A DNA stretch of 64,000 nucleotides from Phoronis australis. Lineage: Eukaryota > Animalia > Phoronida. The translations under genes and the position numbers were made by a program. The stretch is taken from positions 1,649,860 through 1,713,859 of the forward strand of contig NMRA01000016.1 in NCBI GenBank assembly GCA_002633005.1, read 5' to 3'. Every line of letters begins with the position of its first letter. Positions within the stretch are counted from its first letter, which is position 1. The notes beneath the pieces were generated by a model, which saw only the letters and a list, made by a program, of their open reading frames with translations, ran no database searches and had not been told where the DNA came from. Shown piece by piece: positions 62,989-64,000 of the stretch.

Positions 62989-64000
62989 GATGAAGTGATG
63001 TGTTCAATAAATGGCATACATGTACAACTAATAGTGCTTGCTTATAGTACATGAAATTGGAGGCAAACGCATTCAATAAATGTTTGAACTTGCAACAGAA
63101 ACTTTAATTTATACTTGTGTGTAGTTAGAACGGTCACGTCCCGTAGGTCTAATCTCCGTCCGTGAATGATCATAACTGCACGAGAAATATCTGTCTCGAA
63201 CTTGGTCGCAATATCGCCACTTGGATTAGTTTCTGAAAGTAATCGGCATGCCGGGGAGTCACTGACATTGACAAGGTGTCTGTAGGCGTGTACAAAAAAT
63301 TGCGAGAAGGCGGTACTTTTTCAACAAGTTTTGCAGGACCCACGTAGGCCCCGAAATTTCCATTTCGTCACCGCAAAAGGTCCACAACATTGGCCTCAGC
63401 CCTGCAAAAGGTGCACTGGCCGCAGAAGGAGGTGGGAATTAGCAGACCTGGTACCCCCAATAGAGGGTCTCTCAGCAATGTTTGGCATACGCTTGAGGGC
63501 ACCATGCCAACATGAGTGATCCCCGGGTCGACATTCGACCATTGGACTCTCGAACAACCCGGCATACGTATTGCATACTGCTTACGTAAGTTCTTAGCCG
63601 TGACTCGTTGATAAACAGCCACTTGGTGTAGACGCGTGTCGGAACTAGTGCAGCGTTTCTTCTCGTCACCAATACTTCATCTTTACAGGTATGTTGAATT
63701 TCGTCTAAACGTACAGTTGCTCTGGTTATTAATTTGTAAATTTTGTGTCACACGTCTCACTGTTTTACGAACTGCCACCGTTTGACTGGCTGTGCTACCC
63801 TTAGGGACTGTGACTCCCAATCACACGTGGGTCTCGATTATAATCAACCAATTAATTTATTTCTGTAATAAAGGCCATAGGCCCACTGTACAAAAGAACA
63901 AAATGTAACATAAATAAGAGTGTAGCAAGCTATCACGGAGAGGAAAAGCGTAAAATACGTATTTATATAGATTATCCAAATTCAAGTGCCTGCCTACTTC

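Noticed and set aside
63130-63300. Possible hAT transposase dimerisation-domain remnant on the minus strand
   Set aside because: The similarity needs frameshifts and lacks the ERxFS motif, so it cannot be supported by eye.

Overview
This is AT-rich, gene-poor DNA from an invertebrate animal, probably a marine lophotrochozoan; the taxon is inferred from the KCTD protein and the repeat types. I can support only one host gene: a KCTD8/12/16-family protein (BTB + H1 domain, Ktl-like) encoded in a single coding exon at 50463-51233 (+). It has a splice acceptor at 50028/50029, a probable ~3 kb 3' UTR, and a candidate promoter and non-coding first exon about 35.5 kb upstream (14321-14491). The rest is a transposon patchwork. 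DNA elements include Kolobok-type TTAA elements (one carrying a THAP ORF), an Academ-like element with a 9-bp TSD, and several PIF/Harbinger and hAT-like MITEs. Retroelements include decayed RTE-X/CR1/RNase H-type LINE fragments and a Penelope-like element with a degenerate hammerhead motif. There are also tRNA-derived repeats, micro/minisatellites, and a 2.2 kb tandem duplication at an assembly N. The most unusual object is a head-to-head pair of tRNA-like Pol III units (29894-30249) whose arms end in a CTCF-like motif. Most ORFs in the supplied track are spurious. All family assignments come from motif recognition by eye, not database searches.
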